DNA from: Felis catus
Lineage: Eukaryota
Assembly: GCF_018350175.1 (NCBI RefSeq)
Contig: NC_058383.1
Span: forward strand, 19,036,001-19,100,000
Length of the DNA: 64,000 nt
Direction of reading: 5' to 3'
A program made the position numbers and the translations under genes. Below the pieces are notes generated by a model, which did no database searches, was not told the DNA's origin, and saw only the letters and a list, made by a program, of their open reading frames with translations. Every line of letters begins with the position of its first letter. Position 1 is the first letter of the stretch. Positions 22,538-34,397 of the stretch are shown here, in pieces.

Positions 22538-25500
22538 AGGAAAAAGGTATTAAAAAAAAAAAAAAAAAAAAAAAACGCTGATTTTAACGGAACTCATTCT
22601 CTCCGGATCGAAAACAGGTTCTTCTGGATAAAACGTTCAGTTAAAGTTCAAACTCCAAACAGACTTTGTGTGGATTTCAAAGGCACTTCTTCCTCTAGGC
22701 AGGTGCAGCTCTGCACCGGGAGCGTGGAGGGCGGGCCCCTGTCCCCTCAGCCAGGCCTTCTCGGACGCTGAACAACTTGCACAGCTGTCCCCGGTAGATT
22801 TGTCAAGACTCCCCGTCAAAACTGCCTTGTCTCAAAAGGTCTCCCCTTCATCCCTCCTCTTGCCAGGGGGACTTCAGAGGGGTGCAGCTTATGTGCCTGG
22901 GGGGTTGCGGGAAAGGCTTCCAGCCCTCGTTTTGGACTTTAGACCCTCGAACCAGAGGGCCACTAGTAGATGGGCATGGCCTGAAGAGCTAAAGGGGACC
23001 CAGTCCCATATCCGAGGTTCAGTGCGTCTGTAGGCCACATTCCCAGCCTGTAACACCTGGCTTTCACCAGTCCCCAGAAGGACGTGGTAGGCGAAATATG
23101 AATGAAAGCTGTCACTGGCACTTGAGGCCTCTGTGCTGTTTGGTGCCACGGGTGAAGGCCGTGGGCGGCAGGGGGCGTGGGGGGGGGGGAGCGGCTACTG
23201 GCTCACAGGTGCCCGCGGCCCCTCCAGGTGGTCTGTCCCTCCAGCCCCTCCTTCCGTCTGTCTGCCCTCTCCCCCCTCCAGGCCTGAATTTCAGCCTCCC
23301 AGGGGGCCAAGTTGAGGGGCCAGTCTTGGACAGCTTTGTGGCTGTCCGCTCACGCTGGGGAGAGCCGAGGGAATCCACCTCCGTAAGGAAAGGTGCTCCT
23401 TGGCCATTGACAAATGGTCTCGCGCCTTTTGGTGCTAACCCGTGGGACTTGATCAGGACAGCCGGCTGCTCAGGGAATCCTTCTTCAGGCTTGGAGCTCT
23501 AGCACGAGGGGTCCTACCGCCTGCCCCTAACGTCTTGATGTCCTTTACCACCCACCCTCTGCTCTGGGAAGTGGCTTGACTTGCTCCCAAATTGGAATCC
23601 TACGTAGGCATATCTGGTGAAAGGGGTTGGGCTTGAGAATTGGGCTCCTAACAGGAGAATTTTCCCCGGACACAAAGCCTACTTGAAAGATGGTGGGTAG
23701 CTGCAAGGTGACCCACGCCCACTAGATGGCCACACGAGTATTTCTAGATCTTCTGAGGCCCTCAGGCCTCCCACAGCTAGACCCACCCCGCAGACCCGCC
23801 CCTCGGTGAGGGCAGCCAGCGAGGCGGCAGGCCTGGGCCTCCTGGGGGACCCCACCCTCTGTCCTCTCTTTTCCAGGCACGACCCCTCAGGAGGCAACCA
23901 GAGAGGTGGGTGTCTGAGAGTTTGGTGGGTGTCAGGAACCTGTCTGTCCTTCTCGAGGAGGCGAGAGTCAGACTCGGGCAGAGCCGAGTGCAAGTTCAGA
24001 TGCTACTCCTTACTAACTGCAGGGTCAGACCCTAAAGGTTGGAAAACAGGGTAGTGCCAGCACCCCACCCCTAAGAAATTCAAAATGAAAAAAGTTCTAA
24101 GTCCAATTAGACCCCTCAGTAAAACTTGGTGGGGGGGGGGGGGGAAACAAACAACAAGAACAATAGTAAGTCATAGGATTAGATTTACGATTTCAAAGCG
24201 ACGTTACACTCGCAGGTAGGCTGACTTCTCTCTCTCGGGCTTCTGAGCACACATCAGTCAGTCCGGCTGCGTGACCTTGGCCGAATCACTTAGGCTCTCT
24301 GGTGCCCGGCCCGCGTCTATAAAGTAGAGTGAGTGTGAGTTCCTCCCAGGGATGTTGAAGGACCACGGAAGGTGATAGCTGTAGAGTACTCAGCTCCGAA
24401 CCTGGAATGTAATAGTTGCTCAATAAACAGTGGTCCTTGGTGCTGTTGGGATGTGCTCCCCATAGCGCTGAAGCCTGGTGTCGGCTGGTCAGCAGCAGTC
24501 CGGGATGGACTGGGGGGGGGGGGGGGGGAGGGTAGGTGGCGCTCAGCTGATGTTTCATCTGGAAAGGATGGAGACATGGGTCAGGGGTCAGGAGAGGAGA
24601 CCGTCCCAAGCTGGGCCCCAGTGCTGCTCATCTCTTGGTATCCCCCCACGTCCCTCATGCATTCCCCGGAAACAGACCCTCGTGAGAGGCGGCTGGTTAT
24701 TTTCACTTTCAGGGGCAGAAACTCTGAGAAGGGAGGACCCGAGGCTTGCCCAGTGTCACTCACGGCGGAGCAGGAATTCAAGCCCAGGCTTGCGGAGCAG
24801 TTTGGGCTCAGTTCTCTCCCGCTGCATCTGTTGTAGGTGGGGGGGCTTCCTGATCACCTCTGCCCTGAAGTGGCCGGCCCTGGGCTTTCCTGGGCTCCTC
24901 CATGGCCTTCTCCTGCCCCCAGACCTTCTGCCCTGTTCTAGGGAGACAGCCGGCGACTTGGTCACACATACACACGCGTACACACGAACGCAAGCGTGGG
25001 CACGCACCCGTCTGGGAGTGCGGGAACGGAGGGGGCAGAGAATTCACCGTGTCCCGAGAGGTGCTGATACACCTGCCCTGATCCCAGCCAAGTCCAGTGC
25101 CCTTGTTTTATGGCTCGGGAGCCTGAGGCCCGAAGGGGGGCCTGGCCAGATGTGGCGGCCGGGCTCAGAGCCAGGGTTAGAGCCCAGCTTGACTCACTTT
25201 TTCTCACGGAGCCACTGTGTGTCCCTGGGAGGGGTCACCATGGCAACAGGGACAGTGGTGGTGGTTCAGGTCAGTGGGGGGGCAAAAGCCAGGGAGCTAA
25301 CATTTCTTGGGCACCTACGAAGTGACTGGTTTGTTGGGGGGAATTTAACTACCTGGAGTATAAATACGCAATCGTTTCATTTTTTTAAAAAGACGAGACG
25401 GCAGAGGTACAGACTCCGAGTTCTGCCTGCCCGGGGTTCCCGTTCAGACGCGCACACCGGCCTGCAGGGGTGAGGCAGGCTCTGCCACACCGTCCTCGAC

Positions 25501-27404
25501 CCTCTCCCGCTTCCTGGCTCCTCCAGGGCTGGAGGCACGGAAGGTCCTATAGATGGGGTCCCACGTACATCACGAAGCAGAGGCCAGCCTCCCCCCGGAT
25601 CCCTCCGGCCCTGAGCTGGGCCCCCACCATGGCTCAGTCCTCAGTAGTGTATCCAGTCAGGAGTCCATCCCAGCCTGCAGTTCTGTGGTCACCGGGGTGA
25701 TCTCGTGACGCCTACTTCTCCTCTAACTTCCGCTGGGACTAAGGGAGTCCTTACCTACCCTTCCGAGGGCTCAGAGGAAAAAAAAAATGTGCAGTGTGCT
25801 CCGGGTGCAGTGCAAAGGCCCTGAGGTCTTCAGTTGGAGATCGATGGTGGGCCCGGAGTCCTGCAATGGGCCTCCCACCTTCACGGCCCCTACTCCTACC
25901 CGCCTCCCCTCCTCCCCTAGAAGAGCGGCTACTGTGCTGGCGGCAGGTTTGTGGGTGAGCACTGGGCTCCACCGCCAGGGGCGGAGTAAGAAAGGAGGTG
26001 AACAGAAAGGCGGTGGCCGTTGCTTGACGATGCTCCAGGCTCTGCTCTAGGCCCAGGGGCCTCCACGGTAAGTAAGACAGGCCTGGTCCTGCCCTTCCGT
26101 GGCTGGCATCCCAGTGAAGGAGACAGGAGACCCGAGAACAACTGGGGAACTACGTGTGGAGGGAGATGGTGTTGGTGATGGGGTAGATACACCCACAGGG
26201 GTTTGGGGGGGCCTCTCTGAGGAGGCGACAAAAGGAGAGTTCTTCAGGCAGGAGGAACGGCTGTGCAAAGGCCCTGAGGCAGGAATCCGCAAGGCCTGAT
26301 AGGAAACAGAAGGAAGGCCGGTGTGGCTACAGTTTAGAGGGCAAGGGGGAGTATTAGGGGCTATTATTGATTTTATTATTTCGATTTGAATTCTCAACAG
26401 TAACGGAAAGTCAGCAAGACGGGGCTCCCCAGCCCCCCAGTGCTGCCCAGGCGGGAGCTGATGTCTTGCTGCCACAGCTCCTTGCTTGCCAGGGGCCTCC
26501 ACCCTTCCTCTCAGCAGCCCTCGCTGAGACCCCCGGGCCCCCACGCCAAACCTGGGCAGCCTGAAAGCTGCCGAGTCCCTTGGGCCCCAGACAGGGAGTA
26601 GGGAACAGGGAGGTGGCTCCGAGAGTGCCAGTGCTGGCCGGCCTGGTGGCTCAGCGTGGATCACACAGAAGAGGTCCGCCCACGGGAGGGCCCAGTGTGA
26701 ACACTGTTTTCTATGATAAGGGACCTTGAAGGTCAAGGCAAGACATGATGGGCCCGGCCCCCTCCTGAACTCCTCCAAAGCCACCCACTGTTGTTCTGTA
26801 ATCTGGGCGAGGCTTCTTTCTGTTAAGCCCAGTTCTGTTTTAAGACGCACCCCCCCCCCCCCGCCCCCAGAAGGGCTGTGAGGACGTGGGGGGCTCCCGG
26901 TCTGGAAGTAACTCTTGGGCTCACCGCCCTGCTGCCCATGGGCTAAGTGACCTCCTACAAGTCACTTAGGGGGAAAGGAAGTCAATCATAAGTTTCCCAG
27001 TTAGGGAACTGTGTGGCAATCCACTGACATCGTCCCCATGAGACACAGGTACGTGGAAAGTATTACAGTAGAAATAAGTCCCGCGTGGCATGTGGGGAAG
27101 GACCTGGGGACACGGTAGCCGCTTCACTGCCGGTTCCCGAGATTATAATCCTCTCCCCGCCTTGCTCTGTCCCCTCCAGCCACACGGGGACCCCTGGCTG
27201 CTCCTCACGTGTGCCAACCTCCTTCCTCTTTGGGTCTCTGCACCTGCTGGCCCCTCCCCCCACATCTGTGCGTCTCACTCCCCTGGGTCTCTGTTCAAGG
27301 GGGGTGTTAACACCAACCTCCTTCCTGCTGTCTGTTCTCCTCAGCTCTTACAGTTTCCTATTATTCTTCCTATTATTATTATTACTCCTACTATTATTCT
27401 ACTT

Positions 27405-27618
27405 AAAAAAATTTTTTTATGTTTATATATTTTTGAGAAAGAGCGCACTAGGGGGGAGCGACTGTGTGTGGGGTGGGGGGCGGGACACAGAATCTGAAGC
27501 AGGTCCAGGCTCTGAGCTGTCAGCAGAGAGCCTGACGCGGGGCTCGAACCCACGGACCGGGAGGTCACGCCCTGAGGCCAAGTCATACACCTAACCGACT
27601 GAGCCACCCAGGTGCCCC
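27405..27618 (-). mobile_element. Can-SINE
   Basis: ACACAGAATCTGAAGCAGG...GAGCCACCCAGGTGCCCC. Confidence 0.9.
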
Positions 27619-27708
27619 CTCTCCTACTTATTCTTATTTTTGAGGGAGAAGCATTGTCATTAGCCTCCTTTCAAAGGAAGAGAAGCTTCTAGAAAGCAAG
27701 CAACGGCT

Positions 27709-28136
27709 TGTAGTGGGTTGAATGGTGCCCCTCTACTCCACGCCAAAGGTATGTCCAACAGCCCAGAAACTGTGAATGCGACCTTATTTGGAAAGAAAAG
27801 GTCTCTGCTGATAGAATTTAACTAAGGATCTTGAGATGACACCGTCCTGGATTGTCCAGCGGGCCCTGATTCCAGTGACAAGTGTCCTTATAAGACACCC
27901 ACAGAGGAGAAGGCGGGAGGCAGAGATCGGAGGCACGTGGCCACCAGGAGCGTTGCAGCCCCCCGGAAGCTGAAAGACACAGGGAAGAATCCTCCCCCAG
28001 AGAGCCTCCGGAGGGAGCGCGGCCTCGCCAACCCCCGGATCTCAGACCTCCGGCCTCCGAAACCGTAAGAGAGCACCTATTGCTGCAAGGCGCCCGGTTG
28101 GTGGTAGCGGTTAGGGCAGTCCCAGGACACGGAACA
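27709..28136 (+). mobile_element. MLT1 (MaLR, MLT1B/C-like) solo LTR
   Basis: TGTAGTGGGTTGAATGGTGCCCC start, GACCTTATTTGGAAA, GTGTCCTTATAAGA, ends ACA. Near 5-bp TSD CGGCT/CCGCT. Confidence 0.85.
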
Positions 28137-28181
28137 CCGCTGCGTGGCCAATATCCCGAACAGGGCCCGGGATGCAGCAGA

Positions 28182-28531
28182 GCAGAGAACAGCGAGACCT
28201 CTCTGGAAAGGGCCAGAGAGCAAACATTTTGAGGCTCTGCGGGCCACACGTCTCTGTCGCGACAGCCCAACTCTGCCGACGCAGCAGGAAGGCAGCCGCA
28301 GACAATACGAAAACCGAAGGGCCGTTTTCCAATGAAACTGTACTTCTGGACGCCGAAATCTGAATTTCAGATACTTTTCCTGTGTCACAAAATAGTCTTA
28401 CTTTGATTTCTCCCCGCCCCCCCGCCCCCCAACTATTTAAAAATGTAAAAACCGTTCTGAGCTGGTGGGCCGAACACAAACAGGTAGTGTGGGTGGGATT
28501 TGGTGTGTGGGCCACAGTTTGCTGCTTCCTG
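28182..28531 (+). mobile_element. MER58B-like hAT-Charlie MITE
   Basis: AAAGGGCCAGA...AAACATTTT, CAACTCTGCC, TCTGAATTTCA, CAACTATTTAAAAATGTAAAAACC, GGGCCACAGTTTGCTG match recalled MER58B layout. Confidence 0.8.
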
Positions 28532-29160
28532 TGAAGATGCTCAATGAGTATTTGCTGAAGGACTAGAGGAACATCAGAGGAGGAGGCTGGGTGGTCCAGT
28601 CAAGCTGTAGCCCAGACGCCGTGATGCAGCCACGGGCGCCCTGAACTCCCTGAGAATTCAAACGGATTTGGATTCCCTGCAGACTGGCTGGGGAAGTCGT
28701 TCCCGGGCCCTCAGTGCTGGTCCGTGCCGTGCCCTGAGGGCCAAAGCAACGGAAGAGGCAGGTGGCCACAGGCACTCCCTACACAGATCGGATGGGGAGT
28801 TGTGGATTTAGGAGAGCGGATCCTGGGGTGACCATCTGGGTCCAGTTCTGAGGACAGTGGAGGTGAAACTCTAACCCGGGGGTGGTAAGGTCCGGTCGGT
28901 CAGTGGCTGTTGGGATTAGGCCAGGAATGTAAATGAGCCAAGGAGGCCTGACGTGAGACAACTGGGGGTGGCGGGGAGTGTGGCAAAGTGGAGAGACCAT
29001 CTCCTGTCTTCCGGCAATGCCTCAGCTCCAGCTAATTCTGCCAGCTGGGAGTGCAGGCCCAGCACTGGCCGAGTTTTAGACTGTTCCCGAGAAGGCGGAG
29101 AACCCAGTTGTTTGCACGAAATCTCCTGATTTAAAAACCTTGGCTCGAAACAAAAATCTT

Positions 29161-29360
29161 GGGGCACTTGGGTGGCTCAGTCGGTTGAGCGTCCAACTCT
29201 TGATGTTGGCTCAGGTCATGATCTCACGGTTCGTGGGATCGAGCCCCGAGTCAGGCTCTGAACTGAGTGCAGAGCCTGCTTGGGAGTCTCTCTCTCCCTC
29301 TCTCTCTGCCCCTCCCCTGCTTGCACTCTCTCTCTCTTAAATAAATAAACGTAAAAAAAA
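29161..29360 (+). mobile_element. Can-SINE, apparently inserted into a MER102-like fragment
   Basis: GGGGCACTTGGGTGGCTCAGTCGG head, (CT)n, A tail. Confidence 0.9.
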
Positions 29361-30059
29361 GTATCTTGGCTCAAATTAAAAAAACACATGCCAGGAACTT
29401 TCCATACGTTGAATGGATATTGTTACACCCATCTTACGATGGTGGGGGGGGGCTTCGTTGCCTGACCAACAGCACACGGCCGTGAGACGGCCAGTCTGCT
29501 TGTCCGTGCCTTTGCAGTTTTCCCAGTGAGGGTTCCCTGGGCCCCACCCACTGGGTGGAGGGCGAAGGGCTCAGGGGGTGTCTCTCCAGCTGGGACAGCT
29601 GGGTCCCCGTCACCTCCAGAGGGGGCCAGAAGGTGAGGTTCAGCTTTCTGAAGGGACAAGGCCACATGTGAATCTCCTCGGTTGATGGACAAGTGGCTGG
29701 GCCCCGCCCCCCCCCCCAATAGCCAATGGAAGCAGCTGTCACTCACGTTTGCCAAGGAGGCAGCCCTCTGTCAAAGAAGTCTTGGGAAAATGGATGCCCC
29801 GGCTGCCCAGAATTGCCTTGTTTTCTTGGCGGTGACAAACTACATCCTTTAATAAAAGTTTCATGACTCAATTTCGCGAGGGAGACACGTAATCCCAGCC
29901 CCGCCTGCCCTGATCTCGGAGATTATCCCCGGTGCTGGTCTCTGGAACATTCCCGTGTTGGACACCAACACTGTCTCCAAGGCTGTTGCTCGCCGAGCTC
30001 GTCGCGGCATCTGTGGCACGACTTTTGCACCTGCCCTAATCACTGGGGGCCGGTGGCCG

Positions 30060-30880
30060 GTGGCCGGTGGCCGAGAGTCTGCAGACCTACTGGCTCTTTG
30101 CAACGTGCCCCGCCCATCCGGGGGTGGGGTCTATTTGCCCTCCCCTGAGTTCTGGCCGGGGTGTTTTGACCAATAGAATGCAGGGAAATGACTCACGTGA
30201 GTGCCTAGGCCAGAGCCCCAGAAGTCTTGCAGCTTTCACTGTCCCCCCTCGGGGGGCTCCCGAGGAGGAGAGCTGAGACCTCCCCCCCCCCCCCCCCCCC
30301 CAGCCAGCACAGTGCCAACTGATAACTGCAGCCCATGCATGATGCCGGGAGAGACAGACTCCAGCCCATAGAATCATGAGAGATAATTTCTGCTTTACAC
30401 CACGGAGTTTTGCAAGTTTGTTAAATGGCATTGGATGACAGCTGTAGCCACCTCTTAGCTTCAGCCGTGACGTTTGGGTGGGGACTGACCGGGATCAATG
30501 GACGCCGTAGATCTGGGGGGGGGGGTGCATCTTGACCGGCTTAAGCTGATCGGCGCATCCCATTCTCCCCGTCTATGGTGAGGGGTGGGGAGCCATGTGC
30601 TGGGGCTTCCTAGAGAGAGAAATCTCCTCACTCCCTGAGCAAGAGCTGACGTGGTGGGAAAATGTGAGGTCAGGAATCAAGGCAGCCATTCTGGGGGCTT
30701 CCATGTGGCCCCGAGGGCAGAAGGATGAAGCTAATGCCGTGGGAGATAAACCAGAAGGCAGAAGAGGACCCAAGTCCTTGACATCTTTGAGCTGCTCCCT
30801 CAAGCCACACGTGAAGCAAGACCTCCCTCTGGGCTTTTCAATTGTATGAGCCAACGGGTGCCTTTTTGAATCGTTTAAGC
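30060..30880 (+). mobile_element. Two adjacent degraded MLT1-type LTR fragments
   Basis: TTTGACCAATAGAATG, CCAGCCCATAGAATCATGAG, GCAGCCATTCTG, TATGAGCCAA...TTTAAGCCA motifs. Confidence 0.55.
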
Positions 30881-30951
30881 CAGCGCTAAATGACGCACTT
30901 CCCTCCTATATGTGGTTCAAGAACACCCAGGGGGTACTTACAGATTTTCAT

Positions 30952-31195
30952 TTCTTTTCTTTTTTTTTTTGAAATTTTTAAACGTTTATTTATTATTGAG
31001 AGACAGAGAGAGAGCATGAGCATGGGGCGAGGGGGGGGGGTGGCGCAGAGAGAGAGGGAGACACAGAATCCGAAGCCGGCTCCAGGCTCCGAGTTGTCAG
31101 CACAGAGCCCGACGCGGGGCTCGAACCCACAGACCACGAGACCATGACCTGAGCCAAACTTGGACACTCAACCAACTGAGCCACCCAGGCGCCCC
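30952..31195 (-). mobile_element. Can-SINE
   Basis: Poly-T, (GA)n, ends CCACCCAGGCGCCCC; degenerate TSD GATTTT(C/A)..TTCTTTT. Confidence 0.92.
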
Positions 31196-32009
31196 GATTT
31201 TATTTTCTTTTAAGACGTTGGGGCACGTAGAGACAAAGCATTATGTTAAGGGCTGTGCATTAGAGCATTGTTTCTATTGAAAAACTAGAAATAACCTAAT
31301 TGTTGAACAACAGGAGGTTGTTGGAGTCAATGGCGGGACATCCACACAGTGAAACACTCTGCATCCAGCAGAGGACAGTCGGGGCCTCAGCTCTGAATTG
31401 AGGTCTTGAGGGTGCCATTTATCTCCCGTGTGACCCTAGGCTAGTTATGTAACTCTTCTGAGCCTCAATCCCTTCTTTTGTTAAAATTGGTACAGTAGTA
31501 ATGCCTACCGATAGGATTTTTGTGCAAATTAAACGAGCTGTGTGAAGCGCTCAATATAGTGCCTGGAATATTCCGAAATGTGTAATTAATCGTTATTATT
31601 ATTGACAACATCTAATGACATTGAGCAGTGGTTGTGATATGGTTCCAAATGCAAAAAGCTTGGTACAAAATTGAACACGCCCGTGTTAAGATTTTAGAAA
31701 ATGTGCATAAAATTTTGCATGAAAACACCAAATTATCCACTCAAGCGAATATCAAATAATTGCAAAATTATAGGCAATGTAGACATTCTTTACACTTTTT
31801 TTGTATCCTCTGAGGTTTCTGCAACACAGTGTCTTTATAATCGGAAGAAAAAGCTACTAAAAAGGAAGAAAGGGAGGAAAGGAGGGAGGGAGGGAGGGAA
31901 GAAGAAAGGAAGGAATGGATAACGAAAAAGAAAATAGCTCCCAAATGGGAAAAACGATTGCAAGAAGATAAAGGACATGGTCTGTAGACTGGTGTTGGAT
32001 CCTGACCAG

Positions 32010-32495
32010 GTGGCCCACAGCCTCCAAGATGGCGCCTAACGATCCCCTCCTTCTATTCACATCTCTGAGTAGTCTTCTCTATCTTGTGCTGGTTGGTATC
32101 AACCTCTGTAAGCGCCTTGAATATTATGGAAATTGACAGTGTGTGACATCCAAGGCTATGTCACAAAAGACATTGCAACTTTCACCTCACGTCTTCGAAG
32201 GTCACTCACTCTAAGGAAGCCAGCTGCCATCTTGGGGGCATTCAAGCTGCCCTACAGACAGGTCAGCATAGCGGGGGTCTTGGCTTTCTGCCAACAGCCA
32301 GCGTGAACTGGTGGGGCAGCCACCTTGGAAGTCAAGCCCTCAGAGACTCTAGCCCTGGCTGACATCTTGACAGCAACCCCCAAGGACCTCCCCACTAAGC
32401 CAATCCCAGATTCCCGACTCAGAGATACTGTGAGCTAATGAAAGCTTCTTGCTGTTTGGGGGTAATTTGTTACACAGCAACTGGTGACTGGTACA
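32010..32495 (+). mobile_element. MLT1F/G/H-like LTR
   Basis: CCTCCAAGATGGC...GATCCC, GGAAGCCAGCTGCCAT, TTTGTTACACAGCAA...TACA end. Confidence 0.7.
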
Positions 32496-33234
32496 CCAAG
32501 AGACAGGAGCCCATGTCTATTAGACCCTTGCGTTGTCCTGGAACAAATATTCTTATGCTGAATCCTTATTCTTATGCACAAGCATTCTCATCCTGAGCCC
32601 CTCAACAAACTCTCATGTAGTGTCTGTGACGAGTCAGTGTGGTTTGACGCATTACCCGTGCTACTCAGGTGGTCCTCACAATAACTCTGTGACGCAGAAG
32701 CCATTATTATTCTCACTTCACAGATGAAGAAACGGAGACGCCGAAACACTACACGGCCAAGGTGGCATAGCGATTGGTGGCAGAACCGGGCTTCAAACTC
32801 ACATGGTCTGGCGCCGGGGTCTACACTTCTGCCCGTCACGCCATGTTGTGAGGAGACACCGAGGCCCAGCAGTGAGCGCAGCCGCTGTCCTTGTGAGTTC
32901 CCATTCGTTCTTGCCCCTCGCCCATTGCAAAGGAACGTTTTTATGAAGACATGTTATATGAGCATCTCTGGGACGTGTGTTGGCCCTTTCTACTCTCCAC
33001 ATTCTTTTTCCCTTCTGTCGATTCTGTATACTTCGGTTGTGGAGAAGGTTGGTGAGTTCTAACAGGGAGATGTGTCCAATGGACCTCTTCCCCTCTCCCT
33101 GGTGACGGAGACTTGCTGCGCCGGGTGCCTGGGGCCAGCGGTATTTCCCATCTGTGTCTTTCCTCATGCACAGGTCATCGGGAGAGGGCTTGGGGCTGGA
33201 AATGTGAGAGAAATCACGAGAACACAAATTGCCA

Positions 33235-33640
33235 CCGTATCGGTTAGCTTTTGCTCCCCAAATGCTACATAACAAATGACCCCCTAAGCCCATGCCTTAA
33301 TAGTTGTGAGTACTGTGGGCCGGTTGGCTGACTGATCTAGGCCGGAGTCAGGGAGGGAGCTCCGTTGGTCTTGGCTGGGCTCGGCACTCATCTGGAAGTC
33401 AGCTGGGGGGCCGTCAGTCAAGGTTCTCCTCCTGGGGCTGGCGGCCTAGCTCAGGTGTGTTTTTGTCACGGCAATGACAGAGGGCCAGTGGGAACATGAA
33501 AGGTACCTTGATGGCTCTCCTGGGAACCGGCCCGTCAATATTTATGCCTTCTACAATCCGCAGAGCAAGTCACATGGCCAAATCCCAAGTCAAGGGCCAG
33601 GGAGGTAGGCCCGCAGTGGAGGGACACTCCAGAGTGACAA
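33235..33640 (-). mobile_element. Degraded MLT1I/J-like LTR
   Basis: GTTAGCTTTTGCT...TAACAAATGACCCC, AGCAAGTCACATGGCCAA motifs. Confidence 0.5.
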
Positions 33641-34110
33641 AAGGCATGGCCGATGGACAAATACCGGAGCCAGAGCAAGCAGCCCGGGAAGAAAGGCCAC
33701 TAGAGTTTCCCAGCTCCACTGTGCTTCTGCAAAGCGACCAAGAAGGCAGGCTCTGCCTTCTCCCAGGGCCAAGGACCCTCTTTCCCGCAGCCTGGCTACC
33801 AGGTACACGAAGTCACAACCGCTTAGTCGCCCCTCTCCCCCATTATGGCCCTTTTCGACCAGTGGTTCCAACATTCCTGTCTGTGAAGACCTATCACGGC
33901 CCCCTTGATTTCCAGCCCCAATCCACCCTCTCGTGTGCCCGTCCTTGGTTCACTGTGCAAACCCCAGCCGAGCCCCTTTCCAGCCCAGCGTGCCCTGGAC
34001 GGCCGGTCAGGGCTAGATTTTCTCTCACTAACATCCTTAACCCTAGTGGGGGGTTGCCTTGTTTCCTCTATGTGTCACTGACTTCACCCCTTTCAGTGAA
34101 ACCCTCTTTT

Positions 34111-34397
34111 TAAAAAAAAAATATATTTTTGAGAGAGAGAGCATTCATGAGCAGTGGGGAGAGGTAGAGGAAGAGGGAGAAAGAGAGAATCTTTTTTTTT
34201 TTTTAATGTTTATTTGTTTTGGAGACAGAGCGTGTGCGGGGGAGGGGCAGAGAGCGAGGGAGACACAGAATCCGAAACAGGTTCCAGGCTCTCAGCTGTC
34301 AGCACAGAGCCCGACGCGGGGCTTGAACCCACGAACCGCGAGATCATGACCTGAGCCGAAGTCGGACGCCCAACCGACTAAGCCACCCAGGCGCCCG
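34111..34397 (-). mobile_element. Composite Can-SINE: full copy 34192-34397 plus orphan 3' half 34111-34191, inside one TSD
   Basis: TSD CAGTGAAA(C/T)CCTCTTTT at 34094-34110 and 34398-34414. Confidence 0.88.

Noticed and set aside
24478..26850. 331-aa (+) and 267-aa (-) intergenic ORFs
   Set aside because: No domain-like content or splice support; they run through poly-G, MIR-like and L2-like sequence.
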